From assembly GCF_009834535.1 (NCBI RefSeq), contig NC_045696.1, positions 80,168,001 to 80,232,000 on the forward strand: a stretch of DNA of 64,000 nt. Reading direction: 5' to 3'. Position numbers and translations under genes: made by a program. This document shows positions 37,321 to 50,479 of this stretch, one piece after another. The stretch comes from Camelus ferus. Taxonomy: Eukaryota. The notes under the pieces were generated by a model. It saw nothing but the letters and a program-made list of their open reading frames with translations, was not told the origin of the DNA and searched no databases. Every line of letters starts with the position of its first letter. Position 1 is the first letter of the stretch.

Positions 37321-39202
37321 AAAGTTCTTTTCTGTGTTTCTTCTTTATATTTCAGTTTGCTTTATAAAGGAGACAACTAATTCATATTTATTTGCATCTA
37401 AGTAAAAACTCAGAAAATATTCTGGCAGAGATTATATATGAGAAAGTATTATATAAACTGGGAAAGCACTTAAATGAATATAAAGGATTGTTATTATTTT
37501 TAATAATTATTCTGCTTTTAATGTTTCCCAAGAGAAATTATTTAATATGTCAGAGTAAGCCTCTCAGCTTTTTTATCTGGATTTTGTCAAGTAAAACAAT
37601 CACGTGAAAATAGCATCAATCCAAAGTCAAATCCTCTAGAACTCTTGGTGAGGGATAACTTCGACTTTTCTCAAAGATTTATGATGTCAGCTCATTCACC
37701 TACACCTTCAACAAATTACCTAGGCTCTAAGTTTTAATTTCTCCTTCTGTGAGAGAAAGAGAGAGACCCCTCAGTTTCCAGAAGAGTTGGGATGAATATA
37801 TATAAAGTACAAGCATAATGCCTAATGCTTGGCACATCACTGTGAAAAAGAAGACAAATTATTGTGGAAGTGACCCCCATCCATAAAGTAGGTAGGTTAC
37901 TATAACCGTCTCAAATGTGGTGCCTGTCTCCAAGATTACCTAAATCAGACTAGATGTGGGGCTGATGCCTGCTTTTGGATTACTGCTTTATTGTTGTTTC
38001 TTCTGCACTTTGGCCATGACCTTGTGTTTTCTGCTTGAATAATTCATTTCACATTTCAGGCATATACAGTTTTGCTTACATTTTTCATAGATTCTGCTCA
38101 GATCAAAAAGTGATCATGCAAAAGATAATAATAGCCTCTGTTTAACATCAATTAACTTATTTTGTTCACTTATCTCTTGTGTTGAAAAGAAAGTACTCAA
38201 TAGCATGAAAGGTGACCTGAGTATGACAGTAAAACGAAGTCATATATTAGTGCTGGAGGCAACAGCAGTAAACATTTCTCTAATCTGAATTCAGGGGCAT
38301 TCTCACCAATCATGCTGGCAGAGAGCAAAGCAACATTTCTTTTACCCAGAGCAACCTCCCTTGATGACTGGTAACCGTAAAAACATGCAGTTCGTTCTGC
38401 TGAAAATGTATTACCTTGAAATCCCCCCTGGAGAGACCAGTAAGTCTGTTTCTGTTGGCATTCAGTTTTCTAATTGCAACTTCACTTTATCAAACTTTCT
38501 CAGATCTAGATCTTTCACTTATAAATACACTTGCCAAAATGTGAAGAAAAATTTATTAGTTTTCTTTGGTTGGCCATTTTCTTTGTTTTGATGTTAAATT
38601 ATCCAGAAATCAAAGAGAATCAGGACATTGCTAAATAGTTAAACAACTTCAATTGCTTAATAAAAAAAAAATGAAATAGTCCCAATTAGTAGGAAAGAAT
38701 ACTAATAGGAGGCTCCCAAAGCAGTATCTATTCCTGGAAATTTCCCCACTTCAGGTAACACCAGAGCAGGGTAGCAAACCCACCCAAGCATATCCACCTC
38801 ACTCCTATCTCCCAGATCACATTCTCCCCCTTACCCTCTACCCCCCTCTCTCTCTCCCTGCTTTCTATTTCCTAACTCTCACCTTTTTTGTGAAAACAAT
38901 CTAACATTAATTTTAAAAGTAAAAGCTGGATACTGACAATCTTAAAAGAACTTTTGAGAGAAAACTTATCTGTTCTTCTTACATGTAAATGCAGATAATA
39001 CTGTGATTTTTTTTCTTCTTTACTGACACGGACTGTTATTATTAGGATTCTGGATTAACTCACATTGATTTGCTTTTATTACCAAGGCTAGCCTGTGGCC
39101 AAATTGTAAAATGAGTGAAGTTTTGCTTCATTTCCCCCTCTAAAAAATATATTTTCCATCTGACCCTGATGATTATAGGTATTCAGGTTGTGTAGATTTT
39201 TT

Positions 39203-39358
39203 ACTTTTTTTTTTTAAATTGAAGTATAGTCAGTTACAGTGTGTCAGTTTCTGATTTACAGCATAATACCCCAGTCATGCATATACTTACGTATATTCAT
39301 TTTCATATTCTTTTTCATTAAAGATTATTATAAGATATTGAATATAGTTCCCTGTGGT
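39203..39358 (-). mobile_element. Short 5'-truncated lineage-specific L1 3' end
   Basis: (T)n aattgaagtatagtcagttacagtgtgtcag...aagatattgaatatagttccctgtg; imperfect TSD gttgtgtagattttt (39187) / gttatgtagatgttttt (39359). Confidence 0.85.
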
Positions 39359-39404
39359 GTTATGTAGATGTTTTTCAGTCAATGGTTAAAGCACTTGGAC
39401 AAAA

Positions 39405-41790
39405 TCATTCCAGATGCAGGAAGCCTAGAGAGTTCCAAATAAAATGAATAAGATGAATCCAAGAGACCCACACTGAGACACATTATAATTAAGTTGTCAA
39501 AAGTTAAAGACAAGGAAATAATCTTAAAAGCAGTAAGAGAAAGACAACTTGTTATATGTAAGGGAATCTCCATATAACTATCATCAGATTTTTTGGCAGA
39601 AACTTTGCAGGCAAGAAGGGAGTTGTACAATATATTGAGAGTGATGAAAGAAAACTGCCTACTGAGAATACTATACTCAGCAAAACTGTTCTTCAGTAAT
39701 GGAGAAGAGATAGCCTCTCCTAGACAAATAAAAGCTGAGGAAGTTCATCACCATTAGACCTGCCTTATAAGAAATACTAGAGGGAGTTCTTCAAGTTGAA
39801 ATAAAAAGATGTTAAACAGCAACATGATAGCATAAGAAAGTATAAAAGTTGTTGAAAAAGATAAATATGTGGATAAATACAGAATATTATTGTAATGATG
39901 GTCAGTAAATCACTTTTAATCCAGTATAAAGGTTAAAAGACAAAAATGTATTAAGAATAACTATAACTTAGAAAAATGTTAATGGGTACACAGAATAAAC
40001 AGATGTCAATTGTGACATCAATAACAAAGTAAATGTGGTGGGGGGAGAAGGAAAGTTGTAGAGTTTTTATATGTGATTGAAAATAATTTCTCATCAGCTA
40101 AAAATAGACTGTTGTAACTACAAGACAATTTATGTAGGCCCAATGGTAACCACAAAGAAAATACCTATAGAAGTTACACAAAAGAAAAAGAAAAAGAAAT
40201 AAAAGCATATCAATATAAAAAATAAACCCAAAGTAAGAAAACAAGAGAAAAAAAGAGAGATAAAAGAACTATAAAACAAACAGAGAACAAAATGGCAATG
40301 GTAAATCCCTCCATAACAATAATTACTTTAAATGTGAATGAATTAAACTCCTTAATCAAAAGACACAGAATGGCTGAATGGATTTAAAAAACAAGATCCA
40401 ACTATATACTATCTACGAGAAACTCACTTTGGATTTGAAGACACACATAGATTGAAAGTGAAGATATGGGAAAAGATATTCCATGTAAATTGTAAACAAA
40501 AGAACACAAGTGGCTATACTTTGATCAGACAAAATAGGGGTTAAGTCCAAAACTGTCACAAGAGACAATGATTTTATTTAATGATAAGAGATCAACTTAA
40601 CAGGAAGATTAATTAATTATAAATATATATCTATACAACCTCAGAACAGCTAGATGTATGAAGCAAACGCTGACAGAACTGGAGGATAACCAGCAATACA
40701 ATAATAGGAGATTCAGTATCTCTCTTTTAATAATGACTAGAACAATCAGACAGAAAATCAACAAAGAAACAGTGGACTTGAAGAGCACTATAGACGAAAT
40801 GGTCCAAACAGCCAGGTTAGCCAGGTATTCCACCCAACAGCAGCAGCATATACATTCTTCTCACATGTGGACAGAACATTCTCCAAAAGAGATCCCATAT
40901 TAGTCACAAAATGAGTCTTAACAAATGTAAGACTTGAAATCACATCAGGTATCTTTTCTGACCACAGTAGAATGAAACTAAAAATCAACAGTGGAAGGAA
41001 AAGTGGGAAATTTACAAATATGTGAAAATTAAACAACACACTTTTGTTCAACCTAGGGATCAAAGGAGAAATCAAAAGGAAAATTAGAAACTATCTTAAG
41101 ACAAACAAAATTAAAATACAACATCCAAAACTTATGGGATGCAGGAAAAGAAGAAAGTGTATAATGATAACACCTATGTTGAAAAAGAAGAAAGATGTCA
41201 AATACATAAATAACTTAATTTTATACCTCAAGAAACTAGAAAAAAAACAAAGCCCAAAGTTAGCAGAAGGAAGTAAATAATAATGAATTAGAGCAGAAAT
41301 TAGTTAAACAGACTAGAAAAATAGTAGGAAAATCAACAAAAGTAAGTTGTTTTTTGAAAATATAAGCAAAATTGACAAACTTTTGTCTAGACTAAGAAGA
41401 GAACACTGAAATAAATAAAATCAGAAATAAAACAGGAGACACTACAACTGATCCCACAGAAATAAGAAGGATCATAATAGATTACTATGAACAATTATAC
41501 ACCAACACCCTAGATTACCTAGAAGAAATGAATAAATTCCTAGAGACATATAACCTACCAAGACTGAATCATGAAGAAATAGAAAGTCTGAACAGATCTA
41601 TGACTAGTAAAAAAAAAAAAAAAAAAAAAAAATTGAGTTAGTAATCAAAAACCTCACAACGAAGAAAAGCCCAGGACCAGATGGCTTCATGGGTGAATAC
41701 TACCGAACATTTGAAGAATTAATGCCAAAATGTCTCAAACACTTCCCCCAAAATGAAGAGGAGCGTATGCTTCCAAATGTATTTTATGAG
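39405..41790 (+). mobile_element. Degenerate L1 body: ORF1 3' half, spacer, ORF2 endonuclease/N-terminal region
   Basis: ORF1 motif agacccacactgagacacattataattaag...; ORF2 start near 40292 reads MAMVNPSITIITLNVNELNSLIKRHRMAEWI; ends at aaaagcccaggaccagatggcttc...ttttatgaggtcagcat; many stops. Confidence 0.9.
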
Positions 41791-41799
41791 GTCAGCATA

Positions 41800-42283
41800 T
41801 CTCAGGTCAGCCCTAGAACTCAGTAACAGGTCTGCACCCAAGGTCTTGGGAGCAACACTGCTGCCCCAGTAGATGTGGAAAGAAGGCCACCATCCACTGT
41901 GCCTGGAGGACAGAGCATCACGCCAAAGAGAATTATTTCTGAGTCTTAAAACCCAAAGGAATTTTCCGTGGTAGGTTTTGGACTTGCTTGGTACCAATGA
42001 CCCCTTTTTTCTCTCTGATTTCTTCCTTCGGAATGGGAATGCCTACCTTATGCTTGTCCCACCACTACATTTTGAAAGCAGACAACTTACCTTGTTTCAC
42101 AGGTTCACAGCTGGAGAGGAATTTTGCTTCAGGATGAATCAAACCTCAAGTCTCATCCACAGTTGACTTAAATATTTAGATAAGATTTGGGACTTAGAGT
42201 TGATGCTTAGAGTCAAGGCTGTTGGGATTGGAGGTGAATGTATTTTGCATGTAAAAATGACATGAATTTGGGGGAGGCCAGAA
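41800..42283 (+). mobile_element. MaLR internal sequence (MLT1-int 3' end)
   Basis: ggaggacagagcatcacgccaaagagaattatttctgagtcttaa...gttttggacttgcttgg...tgaatgtattttgcatgt...gacatgaatttgggggaggccag (PPT-like end) directly before an MLT1 LTR. Confidence 0.7.
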
Positions 42284-42680
42284 TATTATTAACTGGATTA
42301 TGTTCCCCCCCGGCCAATTCATATGTTGAAGCTCTAACCCCTAGTGCCTCAGAATGTAGAGATAGGGCTTTTAAAGATTAAGGTAAAATGAGGGCATCAA
42401 GCTGTGCCTTAATCCAGTCTGACTGGTATCCTTATAAATACAAAAAATTAAGACACACAAAAGACACCAGAGATGTGTGTGCACAGAGGAATGTCTATGT
42501 GAGGACCAGCAAGAAGGCAACCATCCACAAGCCAAGGAGAAAGGCCTCAGAAAAAAATCAAACCTGCCAACATCTTGACCTTTGAGTTCTAGTCTCCAGA
42601 ACTGTGAGAAAATACATTTCTGCTGTTAAAGCCACCCAATCTGTGGTGTTTTGTTACGGCAGCCCTGGTGGGCTAACACA
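42284..42680 (+). mobile_element. MaLR LTR (MLT1A/B-like), 3' LTR of the preceding internal fragment
   Basis: aattcatatgttgaagctctaacccctagtgcctcagaatgt...caagccaaggagaaaggcctcagaa...ctccagaactgtgagaaaatacatttctgctgttaaagccacccaatctgtggtgttttgttacggcagccc...ctaacaCA. Confidence 0.85.
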
Positions 42681-42982
42681 GGAGTCCACCGTGGGCCACT
42701 GACTCGTCCTGTGGCCTTAGCAGGGCCCTTCTGCTCTCTGGGATCCGGTTCCCATGTCTGAAAATGAGTTTGGACTAGATGGTAGGCAACACTCCCATTT
42801 GTTTTTATGGTCAGTTGTTCCAGAATTGTCATTGGTTTTGATCTGACAGATTTTACTGTGAGAGGATAATCATGAGGACAGATGTGCTTCTATTTTTTAA
42901 CCAGCCTTTCCATTGTTCATCTCCAAAAGCTAGCTGCAGGGAGGTTATAATTAGGCTCAGGTGCATTCACTCCCTCAGCATC

Positions 42983-43410
42983 TGTCCTGGTTTGTCAGGG
43001 GCTGCTATAACGGAGCAGCACGACCTGGGCAGCTTAAACAGCAGAAACTGGTTGTCTCAGAGTTCTGGAGGCTGGATGTCAGAGTGTCAGCAGGGTTGGC
43101 TCCCTCTGAAGGCTGAGAAAGAATCCGTTTCTGCCTCTCCCCTGCTTCTGGCATTTTGCTGGCAATCTTTGGCACTCCTTGATGTACAGAAGCACCCCTC
43201 CCATCTCTGCCTTCGTCTTCATGCGGCACTCCTCTGTGGGCATGTCTGTGACTGAATTCCTCAGTCATACTGGATTAGGGCCCACTCTAGTGACCTTATA
43301 TTAAGTTAATTACCTCTGTAAAGACCCTACTTCTAAATAAGGTCACATTCTGAGGTCCTGGGTGTTAGGACTCCCCTATAAGAATTTGGGGGGACACAAT
43401 TCAACCTATA
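42983..43410 (-). mobile_element. MaLR LTR (MLT1C-like)
   Basis: ggggctgctataac...gcttaaacagcagaaac...gttctggaggctgga...ctggattagggcccac...aaataaggtcacattctgaggtcctggg...ggggacacaattcaacctataa. Confidence 0.85.
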
Positions 43411-45522
43411 AGTAACAGCATCCCTAGCTGATCAGCTCCCACGGACCAAAGAAACTATCGCAGAGAATCTTCCAAGCCAGCCTCCTGCCATGGTTCATCT
43501 CATACCCACGTGTTCATCCTGGGTTCTCTTGCCCGCTGCTCTGTGTCTATTACTTGGTTTTCTCTCTCTGGCAACTCCAGAGTCTGCGGCAACTTGGAGA
43601 ATCTGTTTGGTAATCATCCTCACCTTCCACCGGAGGTAACAACCATGCAGGTGCATATTTTCCCAGCCTCCCTTGGATCCATATTCTCCAGCCCACAGAC
43701 ATGCCCATTTTCCAAAACCTATCCAGGGCCATGGATCCCCACCTGAGTCGAAGCCCTAGCTCCCACCCTCCAACCCACACTCAACTGAGAGGGGAATGTG
43801 AACAAGAAAACTCACAGATCCTGAGAGAGCAGGTGAAAGCTGACCTCTAGAACAATACACAGAAGTAGGAAAGAGACAATAGGCCAAGGAGTCCCACCCC
43901 AATCTGTAAGATCGTTCATTATGCCACGCAGTCTTCTCCCCAGCAGGCTGCGTTCATGCTCTCAGAAATGAGGGCGTGGAGAGTTCTGCAGGCTGACAGC
44001 AGCCTCCTTGCTTTCATAAACATGGAAGAAATGTCACCCAGGACCAGGTGGGAAGACCAATTTACATGATCTCACCCTTTTGGAAGCCCTGGTTTAAGAA
44101 TTAATTCACTCCACCAGGAAAGTACCATTTTTGTTTGTCCCTTAAGGATGTTGGTGCACTGAAGGATAAGGAGTAAATAAAATATATAAAAAGACGATTA
44201 CTAAAAAAATTGACCCCTACAGAAATGTTCCTTGATCCTCAATATACCAAAGCACGCTTAGAAATGGCATTTTCCAGAGCCAGCACTGAGGTTGCCGTGT
44301 ATATATGTATGTGTATATATATAATATAAAAAAATATATTTTATAGCTACCTAGAGGAAAAACTAAACTATCAGAAACATGTACAGTTTGTTATATTCTA
44401 AACACTAGCATAGAGATGTTTTTCTTTTTCTAAAAAGGAGAATTTAACGGGAAAAAAACCCCTCCTTTCTATTCTAGACCATGATTCCCTACAAAGATTC
44501 CCATTTCAAGGAGAATTGTCAACATAGTTGAAGGCAAGGGGATGCGAAGGGGTGTGCGCTGCATTGTATGAAATGTCAGTGAGGAAGCAGTTGGGTTCCT
44601 TGAGTGTGACCTGGGAGCTGGAGAGAGCATTGCCTCCCTGTCAGGGCTGTTGCAGACTTGTGCAGTCATCAGCCATCTCCTTTGCCCCTCAGCCCTGCAT
44701 CCATTACGTGGTATCTCTATTTCATGCTGAGCTGAGCTGATCTCACAGTTTAATGCCTCTCAACTCTTTGAAGCTGCTAAAGAGAATTCGCTCGCACAGA
44801 AGTACTGTAGACTTTCAGAAGCTAACAGAGGGGAAATGAAGAAGATGGGTTTGCATTGCACAACTCCCCTCTCTCCCCATCTCCATCTAAATAAAAATCT
44901 CTGTTAAGTATTTCTATTCTCTAATATTCCTTCTTTGGCTGTTTTAAGCCCCCAGAGGCTTCTCCCATGGGGTCCTTCTGCTCACGGGCCCAGGCTTACA
45001 GGCCACTCTTTCTGTTTCTCCTCAATCTGTCATCATCGTCCCTCCTCCCTTCTATTTTGCAGAAGAATTCAGTTCTGTCTTTACTCCTACACCCAAAGTT
45101 GCACAATCCAAACCATCTTGAGATTCAGGAAGTCCTCTGTTACATAAGAGGTTAGAAACACCCTGTGTTAAGGACCATGCCCACTACACAGCCCATGGCA
45201 GGCTCTCAAGAGCGGAGGATTCGTATAACTCTCCTCCAAGGACAGTGTCCTCGAAATTCAGCCTCTTTTCACTTTTTCGACTGCTTTCCTCCCCCCACAT
45301 TGTTCCCTGCAGTTCCAGGAATCAAAGGCTCCTAAAAGCTTAAATCTGAAAAAGACTTTGGGAAACAAAATTCATGCTCTCATTTGACTTAGAAGATCAA
45401 TAAGACCCAGAAAAGAGAAGAGAATTTACTTGCCCAGGTCACAGGGAATTATAGTGACAGAATTGGGATTATAGCCCAAATCTCTCAGTTTCTCACATCT
45501 CCCAACACTCTTCCCACAGTAT

Positions 45523-45766
45523 CAGTGACATTCAAAATATTTTTGACCACAGCCTACAGTCAGAAGTACATTTTACATGAGGCCTCTGAACATCCGCATG
45601 TGTGTAAATATATGATATATGATGCTTATCCTAACTACCTGTGATGGATGCAGATATTTTCTGTTCTGTTCCACTACATTTCGCACTTTAAAATATTGAT
45701 TATAAATCTCTAACTTGACTTCAGTCTCCAGTAATGAGTTGTAACAAAGAGACTGAGAAACCCTGT
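45523..45766. mobile_element. hAT-Charlie MITE (MER112/MER113-like)
   Basis: cagtgacattcaaaatatttttgaccacagcctacagt...ccagtaatgagttgtaacaaagagactgagaaaccctg. Confidence 0.45.
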
Positions 45767-47213
45767 AGTACAACCCACTGTCAGTGTCGTGTGAAGTGAG
45801 GGAAGATTCTGTAGAAAAGTTAAGGCTTGTGTTGGAACTCAACATATGGATGGAATAAATCAAGGTGAGCAGATGAGATAGAGCAAGGATGAGGAAATGT
45901 GGTGGTTAACGGCATGCATGTAAATATCTCCTTAGAAAACCCATTTGAAGAAATGAAGAGAATAACCTAGGAACCAGTATGTGGTAAATTCTGGTGAAAG
46001 TCTATTGGAGACAATGGACAATGTAGAGAATACTTATCATCAGTTCCAAAATAAAACTATTTTACACCATAGAGAAAATCTTAGTTATACAGACTATGTA
46101 CAGCTACATAGAAATGAGTCACAATCATCAGAGTTCGTGTAATTCACAAGCTTGTCATAGATTTAAAGCACTGAGCACTGCTATCCTGTGTGTCTGCACT
46201 GACCTGACCTGCTAACACAACCTCCGTCTCCCTCTTTTCCTCCCTATTCTACACGAAACTGAGGTTTCTCTAGGGATTGGAACTCTTTAAAGACAACACT
46301 CAGGAAGATATTTCTTGGTTCAGAACTCTCTCTTAGCCATGTGTATCCCAACACATAATGACTGAACACTTCTCATAGGAAATTCCCAACCAAGCCTTAC
46401 CCTTAGCTCTGCACCCTCACCCTCCAATTCCTCCTCCTGTGTGGAACCTTCAATCCGCAGCGTCTTTCCTTCCCCAATCTCCAAATCCACTTCTCTCTCA
46501 TTCTTGATGGTTCCCAATGGGCTACATACACACACGACTCCTCACTCTCATTTAATCCACCCATTCAACCCCTCTGGCCTTTTGAGCTCCCAGAATTCAT
46601 TAAAGGACCAAGTTCCTTCACAGCTCACTACCCCATTTTCAATCCCTTGCATCACCTGCTTAGCTCAGGCTGCATTTTGGCCCATCTTCCTGCCCCAACC
46701 CTCATTAGGAAGCACCTGGGTGGCCCAAAGCTCACATCTTTAAGTTCAGATTTAAATCTCATTTGATTGCCACAAGCTGCCGTTAGAGATTCCAGTACTA
46801 ATCTGGCCCTTACAATGGTAGTAGATACTCTGCAACTTAACTATACCCAAGACCTCTTTCTCCTGCCTGATTAGACTTTAAGCCCCTTAAAGAAACAAAA
46901 CAGAACTCCTAAGGTAAAGGATGGGATAGGAGGAAGCTCTGGTTTTGACAGGTTTTCTATTGACAAAGTCAATTCTGGTCTAACTGTTCAGCCAGAATTT
47001 CCTTCCTCCCTCCTGCTCACTGTGCTCCAGGTGCATCCTTTCCAGAGCTTTGAGCTCCACTGGTGAGGGACACCTTCTGATGTGGATGAAGGAGAACTTG
47101 CTGCTGGTGTGGGGTGACATGGAGTGGGACCAAGTCAGAGACTGAGTGGTGTCAGGGGGCCCATAGAAGTACCTTTCCACATCTTTCTGGGGACAATGGC
47201 ATAGAGATCCCTG

Positions 47214-47287
47214 GAGAAGCAAATTAGGAGTTCTCAGAATGAAAGACTCCGAGAAGCAAATTAGGAGTTCTCAGAATGAAAGACTCC
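47214..47287. repeat. Perfect 37-bp tandem duplication
   Basis: gagaagcaaattaggagttctcagaatgaaagactcc x2 (47214-47250, 47251-47287). Confidence 0.97.
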
Positions 47288-47973
47288 TAGAACCAGAGTT
47301 AGGAGTAGAGAAAGTGTAGACGGGGACCACAGAGCAAAAGACCTAAGACTATACAGCATCCTGGTGGGAAAAATTCTGAACACTTCTCTCCTTTCACATG
47401 CCCTCCTTCTGAATCTCACCCCATCACTCCAACTGAAATTAATTGTTGCACTTCTACAACATTGCCTCTGTACTAAAGCACTTCTTTTACTCAAGTTTTA
47501 ATTATGAATATTTAGGTTTATATTTCAATGCCTATATATGTCCCTGTGGCCATCAGTGCCTAGCCCCGTGCCCTACACATCACAGGCATGTAACCAATGA
47601 CTGTCCAGCGGCAGCTATGACCCCACACGCATCCTGGGTTTGTGCTACTCTCTACTCACATTTCCCAAGATAATGCTCTTTCCAAGATGAAAGGAACCAA
47701 AGTTCCCAAATCAGATTGATCAGCAGTCTCTTTCTGGATGTTTTCCATGACACATAATTCAAGCAATATCTTACCAAACCCAGAAATGTAATCATTCTAC
47801 CCCTGATGAAACATTAAAACCTCATAATTTTGTTAGGTAATGAAGTAAAGAGAGAAAGTTAGATAAATATGATACATAAGATTGGATTCAGACAGCTACC
47901 TAGACTATACAAACATTATTTCTAAGTGCACTTGTTTTACATTCTCCAATAGATAATGCCATTGCATTTTGGT

Positions 47974-48120
47974 TGTTTGTTTTGGTCTTTTGTTTTTATT
48001 TTGGGGGGTGGCAATTAGGTTTATTTATTTTAATGGAGGTGCTGGGGATTGAACCCAGAACCTGGTGCATGCTAAGCACATGTTCTACCACTGAGCTACA
48101 TCCTCTCCACCCACCCTCCC
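47974..48120 (-). mobile_element. tRNA-derived camelid (vic-1-like) SINE
   Basis: aattaggtttatttattttaatggaggtgctggggattgaacccagaacctggtgcatgctaagcacatgttctaccactgagctaca; TSD ccattgcattttggt (47959-47973) / ccaatgcattttggt (48121-48135). Confidence 0.9.
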
Positions 48121-48199
48121 CCAATGCATTTTGGTATAATGTTTAGGGCTTACTATTTTTCTTATGAGTTTTTAATTCTCAAGCATGTTTATAATAAAT

Positions 48200-49025
48200 A
48201 TTTGGAAGTCCTCATCTATTAATTTCATTATCACTATTATTTCTGGATACTTTGAGATTTCTCTCCTCCTTGTGGTGTACGTTTTTCTTCTTTGCATTCT
48301 AGTAAATCTTTTATTGTATGTTAGATATTGTCAGTGCTATATTGTTGAATGGGTGGACTTTGTTTTTTTCCTTTGAAGAGTTTTTCTGTTCTGGTGGGCA
48401 GTTTAGTATTTCTGCTGATCAGCCTGAACATTTTTTAGACTGTTTCTAAGCCTTGTTATGGAGGATCCTGAGCTGCACTTGCTTTAGGGCTAGATTAGCC
48501 CTATTTCTATGGCATTGCCTTTTTAGAGTCTCCACTGCATGCCTAGAGGGTACAGATGTCCCTCCTTGCTGGGTAGTTAGAATGGAAACCTCTTCCAGCC
48601 CTCTGTAAACTCTAATAGCTGTTCAGCTCACAAGTTCCCTGGTGGTTTTTCTTTCCTCAGTAGTTCTTTTTTGTCTAGCCTCATGAAGTTTCATACAAGG
48701 GATGAGCCGATAAGCACACAGACCAAAGAACCACTTTGTAGGTTCCTCTGTGCAGCTCCCTTCTCTCTGGTACTCAGCTCAGCAAGATGGCTATACTGTG
48801 CTTGCCTGGGTTCCCCCTCCTTGTGCCGTGGTCTCAAAAGTGCCTACAGGCAGAAAACCAGGTGATCACCAGGTCCACCTGGTTTGTTCCCTTTCTTTCA
48901 GGGATCACTACAGCTGCCTGTTGTTCAACATCTGAAAAGTCATTGCATACATACATACATCCAGCTGTTTAATGGTGGGAAGACTGGTCCAGTACCAGTT
49001 ACCCCATCTTGGTCAGAATAGAAAT
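48200..49025 (-). mobile_element. Ancient L1 5'-region fragment (L1M4/L1MD-like)
   Basis: ctagtaaatcttttattgtatgttagatattg...tttctgttctggtgggcagttt...gggatcactacagctgcctgttgttcaacatctgaaaag...gtccagtaccagttaccccatcttgg. Confidence 0.55.
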
Positions 49026-50479
49026 TTATGTTAATTTAAATCTATACTCAATCTGAATTGAGAATACACTCTTGGGATTTATAGTAACTTAAAAAAAAAA
49101 CTACAAGTGCTTCTGCTAGCTCTTTTTTAGATCAACAAAAGAGGCCTGGTTAATTACCCTAATTAACTTGTAGACTTAAATTTTTCTTCGGTGGTCAAGA
49201 TGGGGTTTTATACCTGCATTTCTGTGCCAGCATGAACAAGGCTTATGTATTTAGTGAGGCGAGCAGTCCACACCCTTTGTAATGGCCCCTTAGATTTAAG
49301 ACTCCAACATCTTCCTTGTAAGCAGACTTCCTCCAAGGATTACTGTTAATTGACCTAATTAGGAAGTTATGTTGAATTCTGCTGCTAGAATTTATTCCTT
49401 TAACCTGAAGTGAGCTGTCTATGAAAGATACGTGTTGGACACAGGATAGTATGGAATTTGGACTTCATCAAGCTCACAAGGGTAGGTGACGTGACCGTTG
49501 CTGATAAGTGTGTGTTTGTGCAGCAGAGTGCTAACTGATATTTGACTTCATTGTTACCTGGAAGCCAGGTTATCAGAAGAGAAGAGTTCTAGCCCTTAAC
49601 TCTTTCTAAATATTGGAGGCTCCCCAAAAGAATCTGATTTCTATAAATAACCAATATGCTTAAGTCCATTTGCAACACCCATTAGAGTGTAGAGCAGTTG
49701 GAAGTTTTCACCTTTTTGCTTAGATCCCCTGGGCTCTGTGAATTATAGATGCATCAACATGGCAAGGGCACTATTTTCTTCTTTACAGTTGTGTCCCAAG
49801 TAGAGCTGAGAGGATACGTAGGGGTCGTAGAGATCACTGACTAATTTCCAGGGAAGTATACTGGACAAGTTCTCAACAGGTTTATTTCCTCTAGCCATTC
49901 TCCCTTGCCTGAGGTTAATGCAATCAACAGAACAAATACATAATCATCTGTAGACTCACGGGAAGTCATGCTTTTATCTTCACTTCATTTGGAAATTTTA
50001 CCTCAAATGTTACCCTTCACTTGTGTATCTCATACTTTCCAATCCACAATTCCTGTTTTTTAAAAAATAATATTTTTTTTGCAGACAAACTTTGGGAATG
50101 TCTGACTCTCTTGGTTTTTTCAGTAGACAATGGTACTCACTGGAAAAAGTTGAGGTGGGTGAGGGTCATCGACTCTACACAGCCTTGCTACCAGTTTGTA
50201 ATAAAAGTAAGTATCAGATTTTAGCCAATTCACATATCCTAAAAACCTTTAATTTCACCAGTAAGAACTCATTTCTATCATTTTTCAAGCAGGTTAAATA
50301 GCCATTATTTTCAGCAATAAAAAACATTTCTAATGTTTACTATGCCAATGAACAAACTGTAGGGTATTGTTTAAAGGTACACAGAAGCATTTAAAGTAGC
50401 CACTTCTGGTGTTTAGAATGTTGGCTGCCGGCCTGAACTGTGCGTGTTCTTTTAGGGCCACGGGCTGAGTCTATGCTGA

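Noticed and set aside
47214..47287. 37-bp direct repeat as a CRISPR-like repeat
   Set aside because: Two abutting copies with no spacer, no cas genes and a mammalian context: a simple tandem duplication
6187..48120. tRNA-like sequences at 6187, 12571, 21567-21705, 21939, 22104 and 47974-48120 as tRNA genes
   Set aside because: They have A/B boxes but also A-rich tails, TSDs, mutual divergence and a shared non-tRNA tail, so they are SINE copies
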